Shown here one piece after another: positions 47,401 to 57,668 of a DNA stretch of 64,000 bases. This DNA comes from Saprospiraceae bacterium (GTDB lineage Bacteria; Bacteroidota; Bacteroidia; Chitinophagales; Saprospiraceae), in NCBI GenBank assembly GCA_020437105.1, contig JAGQWR010000071.1:463-64462 (forward strand). The letters run 5' to 3'. The first letter of the stretch is position 1. The number at the start of each line of letters is the position of its first letter. The notes under the pieces were generated by a model. It saw nothing but the letters and a program-made list of their open reading frames with translations. It was not told the DNA's origin and did no database searches. The position numbers were made by a program, and so were the translations under genes.

Positions 47401-47994
47401 TTGGCAAGAAGAAGATCTAAACCGCAACCACGGCGCCCAAATCCAAAGTTTGACTTTCGGATAAACGAACAAATCCGAATTCCTGAGGTTCGGCTCGTAG
47501 GTGACAATCTAGAGGAACTGAGCGAAAAGCTGGGTAATGAGGTAGGCCCTGATGTTTACTCCACTCGGACAGTAAGAGACTGGGCAGAACTTATGGGGCT
47601 GGACCTGGTAGAAATATCTCCCAATGCGAAACCTCCTGTTGTAAAGATCATTGATTTCAATAAGTTTCTTTACGAAAAGAAAAAGAAAGAAAAAGAGATC
47701 AAATCAAAAGCAGTTAAAACTGTTATTAAGGAAATTCGTTTTGGCCCGAACACCGACGACCATGACTTTGATTTTAAATTAAGACACGCCAAAAGCTTCC
47801 TCGAAGAAGGCGCAAAAGTAAAATCATATGTCCATTTCCGCGGCCGGACAATCGTTTTTAAAGAACGTGGCGAATTGCTTTTGCTGCGCTTTCTCAAAGA
47901 ATTAGAAGAATGGGGTTCTGCTGAATCCCTGCCTAAGATGGAGGGACGTAGAATGATCGTAATGATCGCTCCTAACAAGAAAAAAAAGAGTTAA
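47401..47994 (+). CDS. infC: Translation initiation factor IF-3
   Basis: Contains INEQIRIPEVRLVGDN...PPVVKIIDFNKFLYEKKKKEKE...IKEIRFGPNTDDHDFDFK. No in-frame ATG is present. The start is TTG at 47401, or an in-frame ATT at 47395. Confidence 0.93.
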   Translation: MARRRSKPQPRRPNPKFDFRINEQIRIPEVRLVGDNLEELSEKLGNEVGPDVYSTRTVRDWAELMGLDLVEISPNAKPPVVKIIDFNKFLYEKKKKEKEIKSKAVKTVIKEIRFGPNTDDHDFDFKLRHAKSFLEEGAKVKSYVHFRGRTIVFKERGELLLLRFLKELEEWGSAESLPKMEGRRMIVMIAPNKKKKS

Positions 47995-48002
47995 TCTTTT
48001 TA

Positions 48003-48034
48003 GAACCGGATCTCGATGGAAATCCGGTTCTTTT
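48003..48034 (+). promoter_or_regulatory. Hairpin plus short U-run between infC and rpmI (possible attenuator or L20 operator region)
   Basis: gaaccggat (48003-48011) pairs with atccggttc (48022-48030), followed by tttt. Confidence 0.4.
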
Positions 48035-48071
48035 ACTTACCTTCGTGCCTCTTAAATAAAAAACACGAATC

Positions 48072-48266
48072 ATGCCTAAGATGAAGACGCACTCCAGTGC
48101 TAAGAAAAGATTCAAGATCACTGGGTCAGGCAAAATCAAACGGTTCCAGGCCAAAACTTCGCACATGATGCGGAACAAAAGCAAAAAAACCAAGTTGCGT
48201 CTGCGGGATTCCAGTCTGGTCTCTACAGCGGACGAGAAGCGGGTAAGAGCCCTGCTGTGTAAGTAA
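48072..48266 (+). CDS. rpmI: 50S ribosomal protein L35
   Basis: [24 protein letters not shown]..., 64 aa. Confidence 0.95.
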   Translation: MPKMKTHSSAKKRFKITGSGKIKRFQAKTSHMMRNKSKKTKLRLRDSSLVSTADEKRVRALLCK

Positions 48267-48332
48267 TTTTTTTACGAGAATACAGGTTATAGCGGCGGAA
48301 ACGCCCTCTGTGTTGAACAAAAAAATCAAATC

Positions 48333-48677
48333 ATGCCAAGATCTGTCAATGCGGTTGCTTCAAGAGCCCGCCGAAAAAAACTCATGAAACTTTCCAAAGG
48401 ATACTTTGGAGCACGTAGCAACGTCTGGACTGTTGCTAAAAATGCGGTTGAGAAAGGCCTTACTTATGCCTATCGCGACCGCCGAAATAAAAAACGTGCC
48501 TTCCGTCGCCTTTGGATTGCTCGTATCAATGCAGGAGCTCGCCTTCACGGCTTGAGCTATTCCCGCCTGATACACGGTCTTTCTCAGAAAGACATTAAAC
48601 TTAACCGGAAAGTTTTAGCCGATATGGCCATGAACCACCCGGAAACGTTTAAAGCGATTGTTGAATCTGTTAGATAA
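48333..48677 (+). CDS. rplT: 50S ribosomal protein L20
   Basis: [30 protein letters not shown]...[13 protein letters not shown], 114 aa. Confidence 0.95.
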   Translation: MPRSVNAVASRARRKKLMKLSKGYFGARSNVWTVAKNAVEKGLTYAYRDRRNKKRAFRRLWIARINAGARLHGLSYSRLIHGLSQKDIKLNRKVLADMAMNHPETFKAIVESVR

Positions 48678-48699
48678 TACAGTCAACGGGTAAATAAAA

Positions 48700-48728
48700 G
48701 GGAAATGGCAATGCCATTTCCCTTTTTT
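48700..48728 (+). terminator. Intrinsic terminator of the infC-rpmI-rplT operon
   Basis: gggaaatggca / tgccatttccc stem followed by tttttt. Confidence 0.8.
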
Positions 48729-48751
48729 CGTTTTATCAAATCCTTCGGAAT

Positions 48752-49348
48752 ATGAAATCCCCCTGGTCAATTCTCCTCCCAATCCTGGTTTGCGCTGCAT
48801 TAGTCTTTCTGGGCGTCCGATACCTAATCATGAAAAAGGATTATATCCCGCCACAGGTAACCGCAGAAGCTCCGCCTACTCCAGGTATTGCCGCCCAGGA
48901 CACAGCCACTGAACTCCCGCTGATTGAGGCTGAAAAAATTGATCTCCAACAGGAAGACGGCTATTTCAGGATAGATTGGAAAATCCTTTCAAAGATCGAT
49001 TTTGAGGAACGCTATAATGAAGATGTCGCAGATTATATCTTTTATCCCCTATTCCACCCATCCATCAAACGCCTGGAAGGCGAACAGGTAATTATCAAAG
49101 GTTATGTTATTCCGATTGAAGAAACGGGACAGGAAGACCTGCTAATATTAAGTGCCTTTCCCTTTACCGAATGCTTTTTCTGTGGGAATGCCGGTCCGGA
49201 ATCGGTCATGGATATTCAGCTTAAAAAGCCTGTCGGCAAACGGATTAAAAAGGACAAAGAGATGGAATTTCGGGGGAAACTCCATCTCAATGAAACAGAT
49301 CTGTATTATATGAATTATATGCTTCTGGAAGCAGAACCCGTCGAATAA
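48752..49348 (+). CDS. Membrane-anchored hypothetical protein (possibly DUF3299-like)
   Basis: 198 aa with an N-terminal TM. Contains LEGEQVIIKGYVIPIEE...LILSAFPFTECFFCGNAGPESVMDIQ. The family call is tentative. Confidence 0.5.
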   Translation: MKSPWSILLPILVCAALVFLGVRYLIMKKDYIPPQVTAEAPPTPGIAAQDTATELPLIEAEKIDLQQEDGYFRIDWKILSKIDFEERYNEDVADYIFYPLFHPSIKRLEGEQVIIKGYVIPIEETGQEDLLILSAFPFTECFFCGNAGPESVMDIQLKKPVGKRIKKDKEMEFRGKLHLNETDLYYMNYMLLEAEPVE

Positions 49349-49354
49349 AAATTC

Positions 49355-51904
49355 TTATTGTATCATAAAGGGAAGGTTTTCCACCTGCCCGTCTTCCATT
49401 TCCAAATGCAATACATAATAACCCGACTGCAACCCCGAGATCGGAATTGATACATCCATCCTACCCTTTTGGAAATCAAAAACCAAATTTGCCCGGACCG
49501 CTTTACCTGTTGCTGTAAAAATAGTGCCACGCGCTTTTTGGGGCTGGCCTAAATCCATTCTCAAAAAAAGTTGATCCCGGGCTGGATTGGGATAAAGTAA
49601 AGCCTCCGTGTTGCCGGAATGCAAGCTGGCTTCTCCTACATTCACCGGAAAATCAAGCATGGCTGCCTCATATACCCCGTTCCCATGCGAGGCCAGTCTT
49701 ACCTTTCTGTTGGATGGTGAATAAGACAAGTTCATAGCCATTACAGCATCCGGCAAACCTATACAAAATGGCTCCCAAGTGGCTCCCGCATCGAAAGAAA
49801 CATATACACCCAGATCATTTCCAAAGTATAGAATTTCCGGATTTAGCGGGTCAATGAACAAGGTATTGGCTGGTACATCTGGCAAGCCGCTACCGCTTTG
49901 CACCCAGTCAAGTCCTCCATTGTTCGTTTTATATAGGTGTGAAGTACCAAAGCCGGAAAAGGTCAGGTACACCAAATTTTCATCATAAGGATCAATGACA
50001 ATATCTGAACAAACCCGATCCGGAAGACCAGGCATAGGCACCCAGGATGATCCTCCGTCTATACTTTTTAATACTTTTGGATTGGTGGCTCCAGGTGCAG
50101 TAGATACATAAATAATATTTTGATCCAGGGCCGTCAGGCCAATTGTCAGGATCATATTCCCAGGGTCAATCAGATCGGAGCTGGTAGCTTCCCATGTTGA
50201 GCCCAAATCATCTGAGCGATGCAGTCGTTCCGCAGCTCCGTAAATGCGATCCGGTACGCCTGGATCAAAGCCAAATGGCGCATTAAATGGCTTATTCTCA
50301 TTCGTTGCAGAACTTACATTAAGTCCATCAAAATTGCCTCCTTTATTCAGGGATCGCGACATATTCAGATAGTAATAAGAACCAAGCACGATACTATCAT
50401 TTTCGGCATGTACAGCACCTGTCATACCATCCCCACCCAGAACCCGTACCCAGGCATCATCCCCAACATACATAGCAGATGCATTATCCTGTAACCCCCC
50501 AATGGCGAATGCAGAATCCTGCAGGCTGTTTCCAAAATCAGCGTAAAACTGTTGCGTTTGGTAACCACCGTTTCGTCCTTCCCAGTTCATGCCCTGATCT
50601 CCGGAATAAAATATACCGCCATCAGTTACAGCATATACGACCTCCGGATTTAAGGGGTGAAAATAGAGGCCATGGATATCGGCGTGTACATAGTTGGGAG
50701 GACCTTCCGGTCCGCCAACAGGCGTCTGGCCCAAATCCCACAAATACCAAAAACAAACCATCAGCAGGTTTTGTCCACCATCCTGGGAAACAGCGCCATT
50801 TACCCCACCCCACACAAAGTAATCCGGATCAAGCGGACTAACAGCCACATCGTGGCTATACCAGCCCTGATAGGTCGGCATATCTTCGGTATTGGCTATA
50901 ACCCATGAATCTCCACCATCCACCGATTTGAACATTCCCAGTCCGCCTATAGAATTGGCAACAGAAGCATAAATAATATTTGGATCGGATTGACTATAGG
51001 ACAACAGTGTTTTACCCGTATAATTTGATGGGATACCGTTATTCAGGAGGCTAAATGATTGCCCGGCATTATTGGATCGATAAACGCCTTGTTCCGGACT
51101 GTTGAGGTTTCCAAAGCTCACGAGTAAAATGGACGTATCAGAAGGATGCATTTCGATATCGACTGCCATGTCAATATCCTTAATATTATCCCAAGTGGCT
51201 CCGGCATTATATGATCTAAACAGGCCTCTGGTAGTAGCAGCATAAACCGTTTCCGGACGGAGCGGATTGATCAATAAATCCTGGATGCCGGTCATTTCTT
51301 CCAAAGACCAATCCAGTGATTTCTCCCAGGTTATACCGCCGTCTGTTGTTTTCAGAATGCCTATGCCGTATGATCCACGGGTAAAGCGATCGACCACACC
51401 CGGTTTGGCTGCATTATAATTATAAACCTCTCCGGTACCAATATACATCTCGTCAGGGTTTACCGGATTGATCGCTATTGATGCTACGCCCAAAACCGGA
51501 AAACCAGTGGACACATAACTCCAGGCATTTACCCCCTGCCCTGCCGTAGTGCTTTTCCACAAACCGCCACTGGCTGAGCCTACAAATAGAATATCCGAAT
51601 TTGTTGGATGAAACCCCATACACAGGGTTCGTCCACCAAAATTTTTCGGACCAAGGGCGACCCATTCTGAACCGAGTTCTTCTCCGTCCCGGGTATGCGA
51701 CAGCGATGCTTTTTCCTCCCAGGCCTGGTAGTATTTGGAGGAAAATATTTTCCCATTTGGATAAGATCGGATGGCAGCCCAGTGGTCCATAGCAATTCCT
51801 GCTCCACTTTGGCTTTCGCCGAAAGGCAAGTCGGATTGATTTAACTGACAGGCAAAAAAGAATAAGCCGGAAAAAACGGCCAGCAGGCGTAATCCATTTT
51901 TCAT
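49355..51904 (-). CDS. BNR/Asp-box repeat (sortilin/VPS10- or GH74-like beta-propeller) protein with T9SS type A CTD
   Basis: 849 aa. At least 8 Asp-box motifs are present (TTDGGITW, SYNAGATW, SVDGGDSW, SGDQGMNW, SDDLGSTW, SIDGGSSW, TNNGGLDW, SFDAGATW). The C-terminus is LLYPNPARDQLFL...GYYVLHLEMEDG. Confidence 0.8.
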   Translation of the reverse strand: MKNGLRLLAVFSGLFFFACQLNQSDLPFGESQSGAGIAMDHWAAIRSYPNGKIFSSKYYQAWEEKASLSHTRDGEELGSEWVALGPKNFGGRTLCMGFHPTNSDILFVGSASGGLWKSTTAGQGVNAWSYVSTGFPVLGVASIAINPVNPDEMYIGTGEVYNYNAAKPGVVDRFTRGSYGIGILKTTDGGITWEKSLDWSLEEMTGIQDLLINPLRPETVYAATTRGLFRSYNAGATWDNIKDIDMAVDIEMHPSDTSILLVSFGNLNSPEQGVYRSNNAGQSFSLLNNGIPSNYTGKTLLSYSQSDPNIIYASVANSIGGLGMFKSVDGGDSWVIANTEDMPTYQGWYSHDVAVSPLDPDYFVWGGVNGAVSQDGGQNLLMVCFWYLWDLGQTPVGGPEGPPNYVHADIHGLYFHPLNPEVVYAVTDGGIFYSGDQGMNWEGRNGGYQTQQFYADFGNSLQDSAFAIGGLQDNASAMYVGDDAWVRVLGGDGMTGAVHAENDSIVLGSYYYLNMSRSLNKGGNFDGLNVSSATNENKPFNAPFGFDPGVPDRIYGAAERLHRSDDLGSTWEATSSDLIDPGNMILTIGLTALDQNIIYVSTAPGATNPKVLKSIDGGSSWVPMPGLPDRVCSDIVIDPYDENLVYLTFSGFGTSHLYKTNNGGLDWVQSGSGLPDVPANTLFIDPLNPEILYFGNDLGVYVSFDAGATWEPFCIGLPDAVMAMNLSYSPSNRKVRLASHGNGVYEAAMLDFPVNVGEASLHSGNTEALLYPNPARDQLFLRMDLGQPQKARGTIFTATGKAVRANLVFDFQKGRMDVSIPISGLQSGYYVLHLEMEDGQVENLPFMIQ

Positions 51905-51929
51905 AGAGTCAAATTTTAGGAGATCTCAC

Positions 51930-51937
51930 CAAAAATA
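51930..51937 (-). promoter_or_regulatory. -7 promoter box TATTTTTG for the BNR-repeat gene
   Basis: The plus strand reads caaaaata, an exact TAnnTTTG on the minus strand, 26 nt upstream of the ATG at 51904. Confidence 0.5.
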
Positions 51938-51976
51938 ACAGAAACTGTTTTTAGAAACCGAAGAAAAATGTCCGGG

Positions 51977-52645
51977 TTACGCCAGATGCTGTGTGAGATA
52001 GCTGATAGACATGGCCAAAAGCAGAATTTTCTCCTCCTCGGTCATTTCATCCTGTACGAAATTAAAAATGCGGGGTTGTGGGGAAGATGTTTCGGGGAGT
52101 AACTGGAGTGCGGCTAATTCTCTGTCTCCCACATAAATTGTTCTGCGTGGGTCGGTATCAGAGGTTTTACGGATAAACCCAAGCATTTTTTTTCCTTTGC
52201 CATCAAAGAGGCGGCCGTCCGGGAGGTGAATGAGGCCAATTTTACCATTGACTGAAATCTCCGTTTGTTTGCTCCGCACCCGCAGGAGAAATTCGTATCT
52301 GGCGGTTCGGGCAAGGATCAAGGCATTTTGTTCTGAACCCAGGTATTTGCGCATGGCCCAGGCAATCATTGGCTCCTGGTAGATGGAGATAAAGACACCA
52401 CGAGATTTTATCGTAACCCGTTTTTTACGTGATTTATTGATTTGGTTGGAAGAGAGCAGTTCCAGTTCTTCCGACTTAACAGGTACCAATTCATCCTGCA
52501 AAGGCCGTAATTCGGCCTGCATTTCATTATAATCTCTGGTGATTTTTTGCTTACCGGGTTGAAAGTTTTGAAACACCCGATACAAAGCAGATGTACCAGC
52601 CAATCCGGCAGCAATTGTTCCTAAAAGCACGATCGCAGTTCCCAT
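51977..52645 (-). CDS. Hypothetical membrane-anchored protein
   Basis: 222 aa with an N-terminal TM (MGTAIVLLGTIAAGLAGTSALY). No motif was recognised. Confidence 0.5.
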   Translation of the reverse strand: MGTAIVLLGTIAAGLAGTSALYRVFQNFQPGKQKITRDYNEMQAELRPLQDELVPVKSEELELLSSNQINKSRKKRVTIKSRGVFISIYQEPMIAWAMRKYLGSEQNALILARTARYEFLLRVRSKQTEISVNGKIGLIHLPDGRLFDGKGKKMLGFIRKTSDTDPRRTIYVGDRELAALQLLPETSSPQPRIFNFVQDEMTEEEKILLLAMSISYLTQHLA

Positions 52646-52649
52646 TACA

Positions 52650-52657
52650 CAAAGTTA
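52650..52657 (-). promoter_or_regulatory. -7 promoter box TAACTTTG only 5 nt upstream of the ATG (possible leaderless mRNA)
   Basis: The plus strand reads caaagtta at 52650-52657. The ATG of the 222-aa ORF is at 52645-52643. Confidence 0.4.
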
Positions 52658-52739
52658 AGATTTCGGGATTGGAATGCAGGGTTTATCCGACAAATACCTT
52701 TCAAAACGGGTTAGAGAGGTCTTGATCCTGGGTAAAGAT

Positions 52740-53867
52740 TTAGTTTCCCGATGGATCACTTCCGAAATTCAATTCAATTTTATTTGCTTCCGGGGCATTA
52801 AATTGTTTTTCCCGTTGTTTAAGAGCGATAATATCTTCCTGGCTAAGAATAGTTACCGGTTCTTTCAGTATTTGTCCCAGCTCTTGCAGGATACTTTCCT
52901 GATTATTCCAATAGGTCACTTCCGGTCCGAGAATGTCATTTAAGAGATCGGCTTTCATTTCCTGAATCAGATCAGCAAAGGAGGGGCTTTGTCTGATTGT
53001 TTTATCCATTTTCCGGATCAGATCCAGGTGCTTACCAGATCCCAATTCGCTGTGTCCGCCATAATCCCAGGTTTGCAGAAAGTAATCCGGCCAGAAATAT
53101 TCGATACTATCCATTTTAAACAAATCCAGGCAAAGATTAAAGAAGGCATCATCTTCCACACCGCTTGTTTTTTGAGCCCGTTCTTCCCAGGTGGCATAAT
53201 TGTGAAAGAGGTAATAAGCGGTTCCTTCAGCAACTAATTGTGGTTGAAGGGCTGGCAAAGCTTGTTGGAGCCAAAATAAATCCGGCAAATGCTCATAGTC
53301 ATCGACAACAATAAACTGATCCATTTTAGCGACCATTTTTTCGCGGAGTGCGGTACCAACATGGTATTGATCATTTAGATCCAGATCAGTTTGTGCTTTG
53401 CGATAGGCATTGCGGTAAGCCTTGATTTCTGCAGCCAGTGGCTCGCCAAACAGGCTGGTCAGGCGAATTTCCATGAGTTGCTCCGGCAGGGAGGAAGAAT
53501 CATCCAGTTTAAAATTAAGTGCACCGGCAAAAACCCAGCCTTCGATACCGGCGTCGGTACGCACTTTAATCCAGGGCTCGTCGAAGGTAATTCCCCGCAG
53601 ATTGACTTCCGTACGGAAAGAGCTCATTTCCCCCAGGTATTCCATAGATGATCCATTAGGCAGGTTTTCCAGGATTTCTCCCTGAGGACCAGGAACAGAG
53701 CGCAGGCGCAGGTATTCAATATTGCTAATTAGTATGGTTTTGGATGGCGGCGGATCTGAACGCGGGATTTGAACAGCCGGCGTATTCTCTGCCTGGTTTT
53801 CCTCGTTTTTTGAACCGCAAGAGGATAACAAAAGCAACAGGGCAAACAGATACAGACTTCTTGACAT
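52740..53867 (-). CDS. Hypothetical lipoprotein with an SH3b-like domain
   Basis: 375 aa. The lipobox is LLLSSCGS. Contains YLRLRSVPGPQGEILENLPNGSSMEYLGE...WIKVRTDAGIEGWVFAGAL, which is bacterial SH3-like. Confidence 0.6.
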   Translation of the reverse strand: MSRSLYLFALLLLLSSCGSKNEENQAENTPAVQIPRSDPPPSKTILISNIEYLRLRSVPGPQGEILENLPNGSSMEYLGEMSSFRTEVNLRGITFDEPWIKVRTDAGIEGWVFAGALNFKLDDSSSLPEQLMEIRLTSLFGEPLAAEIKAYRNAYRKAQTDLDLNDQYHVGTALREKMVAKMDQFIVVDDYEHLPDLFWLQQALPALQPQLVAEGTAYYLFHNYATWEERAQKTSGVEDDAFFNLCLDLFKMDSIEYFWPDYFLQTWDYGGHSELGSGKHLDLIRKMDKTIRQSPSFADLIQEMKADLLNDILGPEVTYWNNQESILQELGQILKEPVTILSQEDIIALKQREKQFNAPEANKIELNFGSDPSGN

Positions 53868-53921
53868 GGTTAAAAAAGATTTTATGGTTGAACTTGACTA
53901 AACAAGCTTTCAGGTATCGGC

Positions 53922-53958
53922 TAAAAAAGAAAACGGTTGCCTGTGATCAGACAACCGC
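53922..53958 (-). terminator. Intrinsic terminator of rpoD
   Basis: The minus strand reads gcggttg-tctgatcacag-gcaaccg followed by ttttctttttt. Confidence 0.6.
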
Positions 53959-53983
53959 AATATATTTCATTCCTGTAAAATGA

Positions 53984-54850
53984 CTATCCCAAATAAGAGC
54001 GGAGTGCATTTTTATTATAAGATTTTCGCAGTCGTCGGATGGCGCGCTCCTTAATTTGACGCACCCGTTCCCGGGTCAGGCCATAGAGCTCGCCAATTTC
54101 TTCGAGGGTAAGTGATTTTTGGCCATTGAGTCCATAATAAGCGGCAAGCACCTCTACTTCCCGGGGAGATAAGATAGATAAACCTTGTTGCACTTCCTCC
54201 TTAAGGGATTGTTCCATCAGGCTTAAATCCGGGCTGTCTTCTTCGCCACCGGCAATCAGATCGAGCATAGTGGAGTTTCCTTCTTCGCCACTCAGGGGGG
54301 CATCTACGGAAACATGCCGGGAATTTCCTTTGAGCATATTGGTTACCTCCCGAACCGGGATTCCGAGTACTTCTGCTAACTCGTCATGGGTTGGCTCGCG
54401 TTCGAATTCCTGCACGAAGGTTAGGTAAGCTTCATTGACTTTGTTATAGGAGCCTACCTTATTGAGTGGCAGGCGCACAATTCGGGAATATTCAACAATT
54501 GCCTGTAAGATGGATTGACGAATCCACCAAACGGCGTAGGAAATAAATTTAAATCCTTTGGTCTCATCAAAGCGTTTGGCAGCCTTCATGAGGCCGACAT
54601 TCCCTTCATTGATCAGATCGCTTAATGAAAGCCCCTGATTCTGATATTGTTTTGCAACGGAGACCACAAAACGAAGATTTCCTTTTGTCAAACGATCGAG
54701 CGCATCCTGATCTCCTGTGCGGATTCTTCGGGCCATTTCAGCCTCTTCATCCGCGGTAAGCATATCAATTTTGCCTATGTCATTAAGGTACTTATCAAGA
54801 GCCAGACTCTCCCGAGAAGTGATTTTATTCGTAATTTTCAACTGACGCAT
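53984..54850 (-). CDS. rpoD: RNA polymerase primary sigma factor (short Bacteroidota sigma-A)
   Basis: 288 aa. Contains [64 protein letters not shown] and region 4 [28 protein letters not shown]. Confidence 0.93.
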   Translation of the reverse strand: MRQLKITNKITSRESLALDKYLNDIGKIDMLTADEEAEMARRIRTGDQDALDRLTKGNLRFVVSVAKQYQNQGLSLSDLINEGNVGLMKAAKRFDETKGFKFISYAVWWIRQSILQAIVEYSRIVRLPLNKVGSYNKVNEAYLTFVQEFEREPTHDELAEVLGIPVREVTNMLKGNSRHVSVDAPLSGEEGNSTMLDLIAGGEEDSPDLSLMEQSLKEEVQQGLSILSPREVEVLAAYYGLNGQKSLTLEEIGELYGLTRERVRQIKERAIRRLRKSYNKNALRSYLG

Positions 54851-55144
54851 AGACTGGTATTTTCATCAAATGTTAGACAGTAAAACATTATTTGGAAGCC
54901 AAGATATTACAATCGCTTACGATTCCCGTCTTTCGCAGGCGGAATCGTATTATTTTTTTAAAAATCCAATGGTTTGGTAAACTTATATAGGGGTATCCAG
55001 AGTAACAGCCAAATTTTAAAAAAAGTTCGGCAAGAGACTCCAAAGAAAGTGCGGACACCTTACAATTCACCTGACGGTTGTATTTTCTACTCTTTTGAAG
55101 TTAAGAGCGTCTCAAATCCTGTGTAAAATACATAATTACCCAAA

Positions 55145-55181
55145 AGAAAAAAGCGTCCACTCACTGGGAATGGACGCTTTT
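55145..55181 (-). terminator. Intrinsic terminator of pnp
   Basis: aaagcgtcca / tggacgcttt stem. The A-run on the plus strand gives a U-run on the minus transcript. Confidence 0.7.
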
Positions 55182-55211
55182 CACAAATTATCTTAAATAA
55201 ATCGTCAGAAA

Positions 55212-57410
55212 CTAATCTCTGCGACGATCATTATTTCCACCTCTACGGTCGTCATCTCCATCTTCCCGGCGGTCGCTCCGCTCCGGACGTGGCATCAATG
55301 CTTTCCGGGAAAGGCGCAGTTTACCGGTTTTTGGATCTACGCCGATCAGCTTCACTTTCACCTCATCTCCTTCACTAAATACTTCCTCTACATTATCAAT
55401 TCGAGAGTAAGAGATTTCTGAAACGTGGAGCAATCCACTTTTTCCGCCTTTGAAATCAACAAAAACGCCATAAGGCATTACTGTTTTTACAACGGCATCA
55501 TAGACGTCGCCAATTTCAGGTGTGAAGGTAATATCCTCGATCCGGGCTTTCGCAGCTTCGATACTTGCTTTATCAGAACTGGCGATATTGACAATGCCTT
55601 TGTCGCCTTTTTCTTCAATATTGATCGTGGTACCGGTAGTAGCCTGAATATCCTGAATCACTTTACCTCCAGGTCCGATCACTGCACCGATATAACTCTT
55701 ATCGATAATCAGTTCTACGATACGTGGTGCATGTGGTTTAAAGTCGTCGGCAGGTTTTGCCATGGTTTTTGCCATCTCATTCAAGATGTGCAGACGTCCC
55801 TGACGTGCCTGCTCGAGTGCTTCTTCCAACAATTCATAAGGCATTCCATCTACCTTAATATCCATCTGACAGGCAGTGATACCTTTCTCCGTACCTGTTA
55901 CTTTGAAGTCCATATCACCGAGTGCATCCTCGTCACCGAGAATGTCGGTCAACACCACATTCCGCTTTCCGTCGCTGATCATACCCATTGCAATTCCGGA
56001 AACGGGGGCTTTAATCTGGATTCCACCATCCATTAAGGCTAAGGAGCCGGAGCAAACAGTCGCCATGGAAGAAGACCCGTTACTTTCCAAAACATCAGAA
56101 ACAAGTCTTACTGTGTAAGGGAAATCTTTCGGCATCACCTTTTTCAAAGATCTGGCAGCGAGGTTTGCGTGTCCGACTTCGCGGCGACCAGGGCCACGCA
56201 TTGGTTTTGTCTCTCCAACTGAAAAAGCAGGGAAATTATAGTGTAGGATAAACTTGGAGAAACTAAACTCCAGAGCTGTATCCACCATCATTTCATCCAG
56301 TTTGGTACCGAGTACCATAGACATAAGTGCCTGTGTTTCTCCCCGGGTAAAGATTGCTGAACCGTGCGAAGAAGGCAGGTAAGCTACCTCTGTCCAGATC
56401 GGGCGCACCTCATCCGGTTTACGTCCGTCGAGGCGTACTTTTTCAGACATGACCATTTCACGGATAACCGCCTTTTTGGTCTTATCGTAATAAGTTGCAA
56501 TCAATTCGCCGTTTTCAGCAACGAATTCTTCACCTTTTTTCTCCAAAATGCTGGCAAGCATTTCTTCTTTGATCTCCGAAAAACGGTTTTTCCGAATACT
56601 TTTATCGAGTGCGCCTTTGGCGACTTCGTAGATAGGATTTTTGGTCAGTTCTTCGACCATGGCTTTCACCTCATCATTGGAAGGAATTTCCGGATCAGGG
56701 CGTTTCACGGCACACTTCTCCCCTACTTTTTTAGCCAGGTCAAGTTGGGCTTCAATTTGTACTTTAATAGCATCATGGCCCACTTTGATGGCTTCGATAA
56801 GCTGCGCTTCTGAACATTCATCCGCTTCTCCTTCTACCATCATCACATTCTCCATGGTAGCCGCTACGATGATATCCAATGCTGCCGTCTCCATTTGTGA
56901 GCGGGTTGGATTAACCACATAAGCCCCACCGATCAGTGCTACACGCACTTCAGAGAGTGGTCCCTGGAAAGGGATATCAGATACTGCCAATGCAGCTGAA
57001 GCAGCAAGCGCTGCAAAAGCATCCGGCAAGGTTTCTTTATCACCGGAGATCAAATTAATGATCACCTGCGTATCATACATATAACCATCCGGGAAGAGCG
57101 GACGAATAGCGCGATCTACCAGACGGCAGATCAGGATTTCGTAATCAGATAGTCTTGATTCACGGCGGAAAAAATTGCCGGGAATTCGTCCGGCTGCAGC
57201 GTATTTTTCCTGATAATCTACTGAAAGCGGAAAGAAGTTTTGTCCTTCACGCATTTTAGTAGCAGAAACAACACTGGCGAATAACATTGTGTCGCCGCAA
57301 CGTACGACAACTGAACCGTCTGCCTGCGTGGCAAGTTTACCGGTTTCTATTACCACTTCACGCCCGTCAGGCAAGTTGAAGGAAGTGGAAATTGGCGTTT
57401 GCATACCCAT
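55212..57410 (-). CDS. pnp: Polyribonucleotide nucleotidyltransferase (PNPase)
   Basis: 732 aa. It has two RNase PH domains, a KH domain (IGAVIGPGGKVIQDIQ), an S1 domain (GDVYDAVVKTVMPYGVFVDF) and an Arg/Asp-rich tail. Confidence 0.97.
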   Translation of the reverse strand: MGMQTPISTSFNLPDGREVVIETGKLATQADGSVVVRCGDTMLFASVVSATKMREGQNFFPLSVDYQEKYAAAGRIPGNFFRRESRLSDYEILICRLVDRAIRPLFPDGYMYDTQVIINLISGDKETLPDAFAALAASAALAVSDIPFQGPLSEVRVALIGGAYVVNPTRSQMETAALDIIVAATMENVMMVEGEADECSEAQLIEAIKVGHDAIKVQIEAQLDLAKKVGEKCAVKRPDPEIPSNDEVKAMVEELTKNPIYEVAKGALDKSIRKNRFSEIKEEMLASILEKKGEEFVAENGELIATYYDKTKKAVIREMVMSEKVRLDGRKPDEVRPIWTEVAYLPSSHGSAIFTRGETQALMSMVLGTKLDEMMVDTALEFSFSKFILHYNFPAFSVGETKPMRGPGRREVGHANLAARSLKKVMPKDFPYTVRLVSDVLESNGSSSMATVCSGSLALMDGGIQIKAPVSGIAMGMISDGKRNVVLTDILGDEDALGDMDFKVTGTEKGITACQMDIKVDGMPYELLEEALEQARQGRLHILNEMAKTMAKPADDFKPHAPRIVELIIDKSYIGAVIGPGGKVIQDIQATTGTTINIEEKGDKGIVNIASSDKASIEAAKARIEDITFTPEIGDVYDAVVKTVMPYGVFVDFKGGKSGLLHVSEISYSRIDNVEEVFSEGDEVKVKLIGVDPKTGKLRLSRKALMPRPERSDRREDGDDDRRGGNNDRRRD

Positions 57411-57635
57411 TTTAATCGTTTTTCAATTGTTAGTAGCTCGTACCGAATGGGAAAGGCACATTTTGGATTGATCTAGAAAGCATTGATCCGACCGTTGATC
57501 CCTGAAATCGGGAATTTCGAAACGAAGGAATTCAGCAATCAGCTGAAAGTCGGAAAAGTGCAACCTGGTGTGAATACCATTCAAGAGGTAAGCCAGAAGT
57601 GAAGTAGGGAAAAAATAAACGTTTGAATTGATACT

Positions 57636-57668
57636 AAAAAAGTGCTCCACCAAATTGGTGGAACACTT
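57636..57668 (-). terminator. Intrinsic terminator/attenuator after rpsO, upstream of pnp
   Basis: The minus strand reads agtgttccacca-attt-ggtggagcact (one G-U) followed by ttttt. Confidence 0.7.

Noticed and set aside
54919-54962. Plus-strand hairpin (acgattcc/ggaatcgt) followed by a T-run in the rpoD upstream region, as a terminator of an antisense RNA
   Set aside because: There is no plus-strand gene or promoter box upstream of it, and the stem is only 8 bp with a 14-nt loop. It may simply be part of the rpoD 5' UTR. It cannot be assigned from sequence alone.
54888-55070. 60-aa ORF between pnp and rpoD
   Set aside because: There is no motif, no promoter box and no conservation clue. It lies in the rpoD promoter/5' UTR region.
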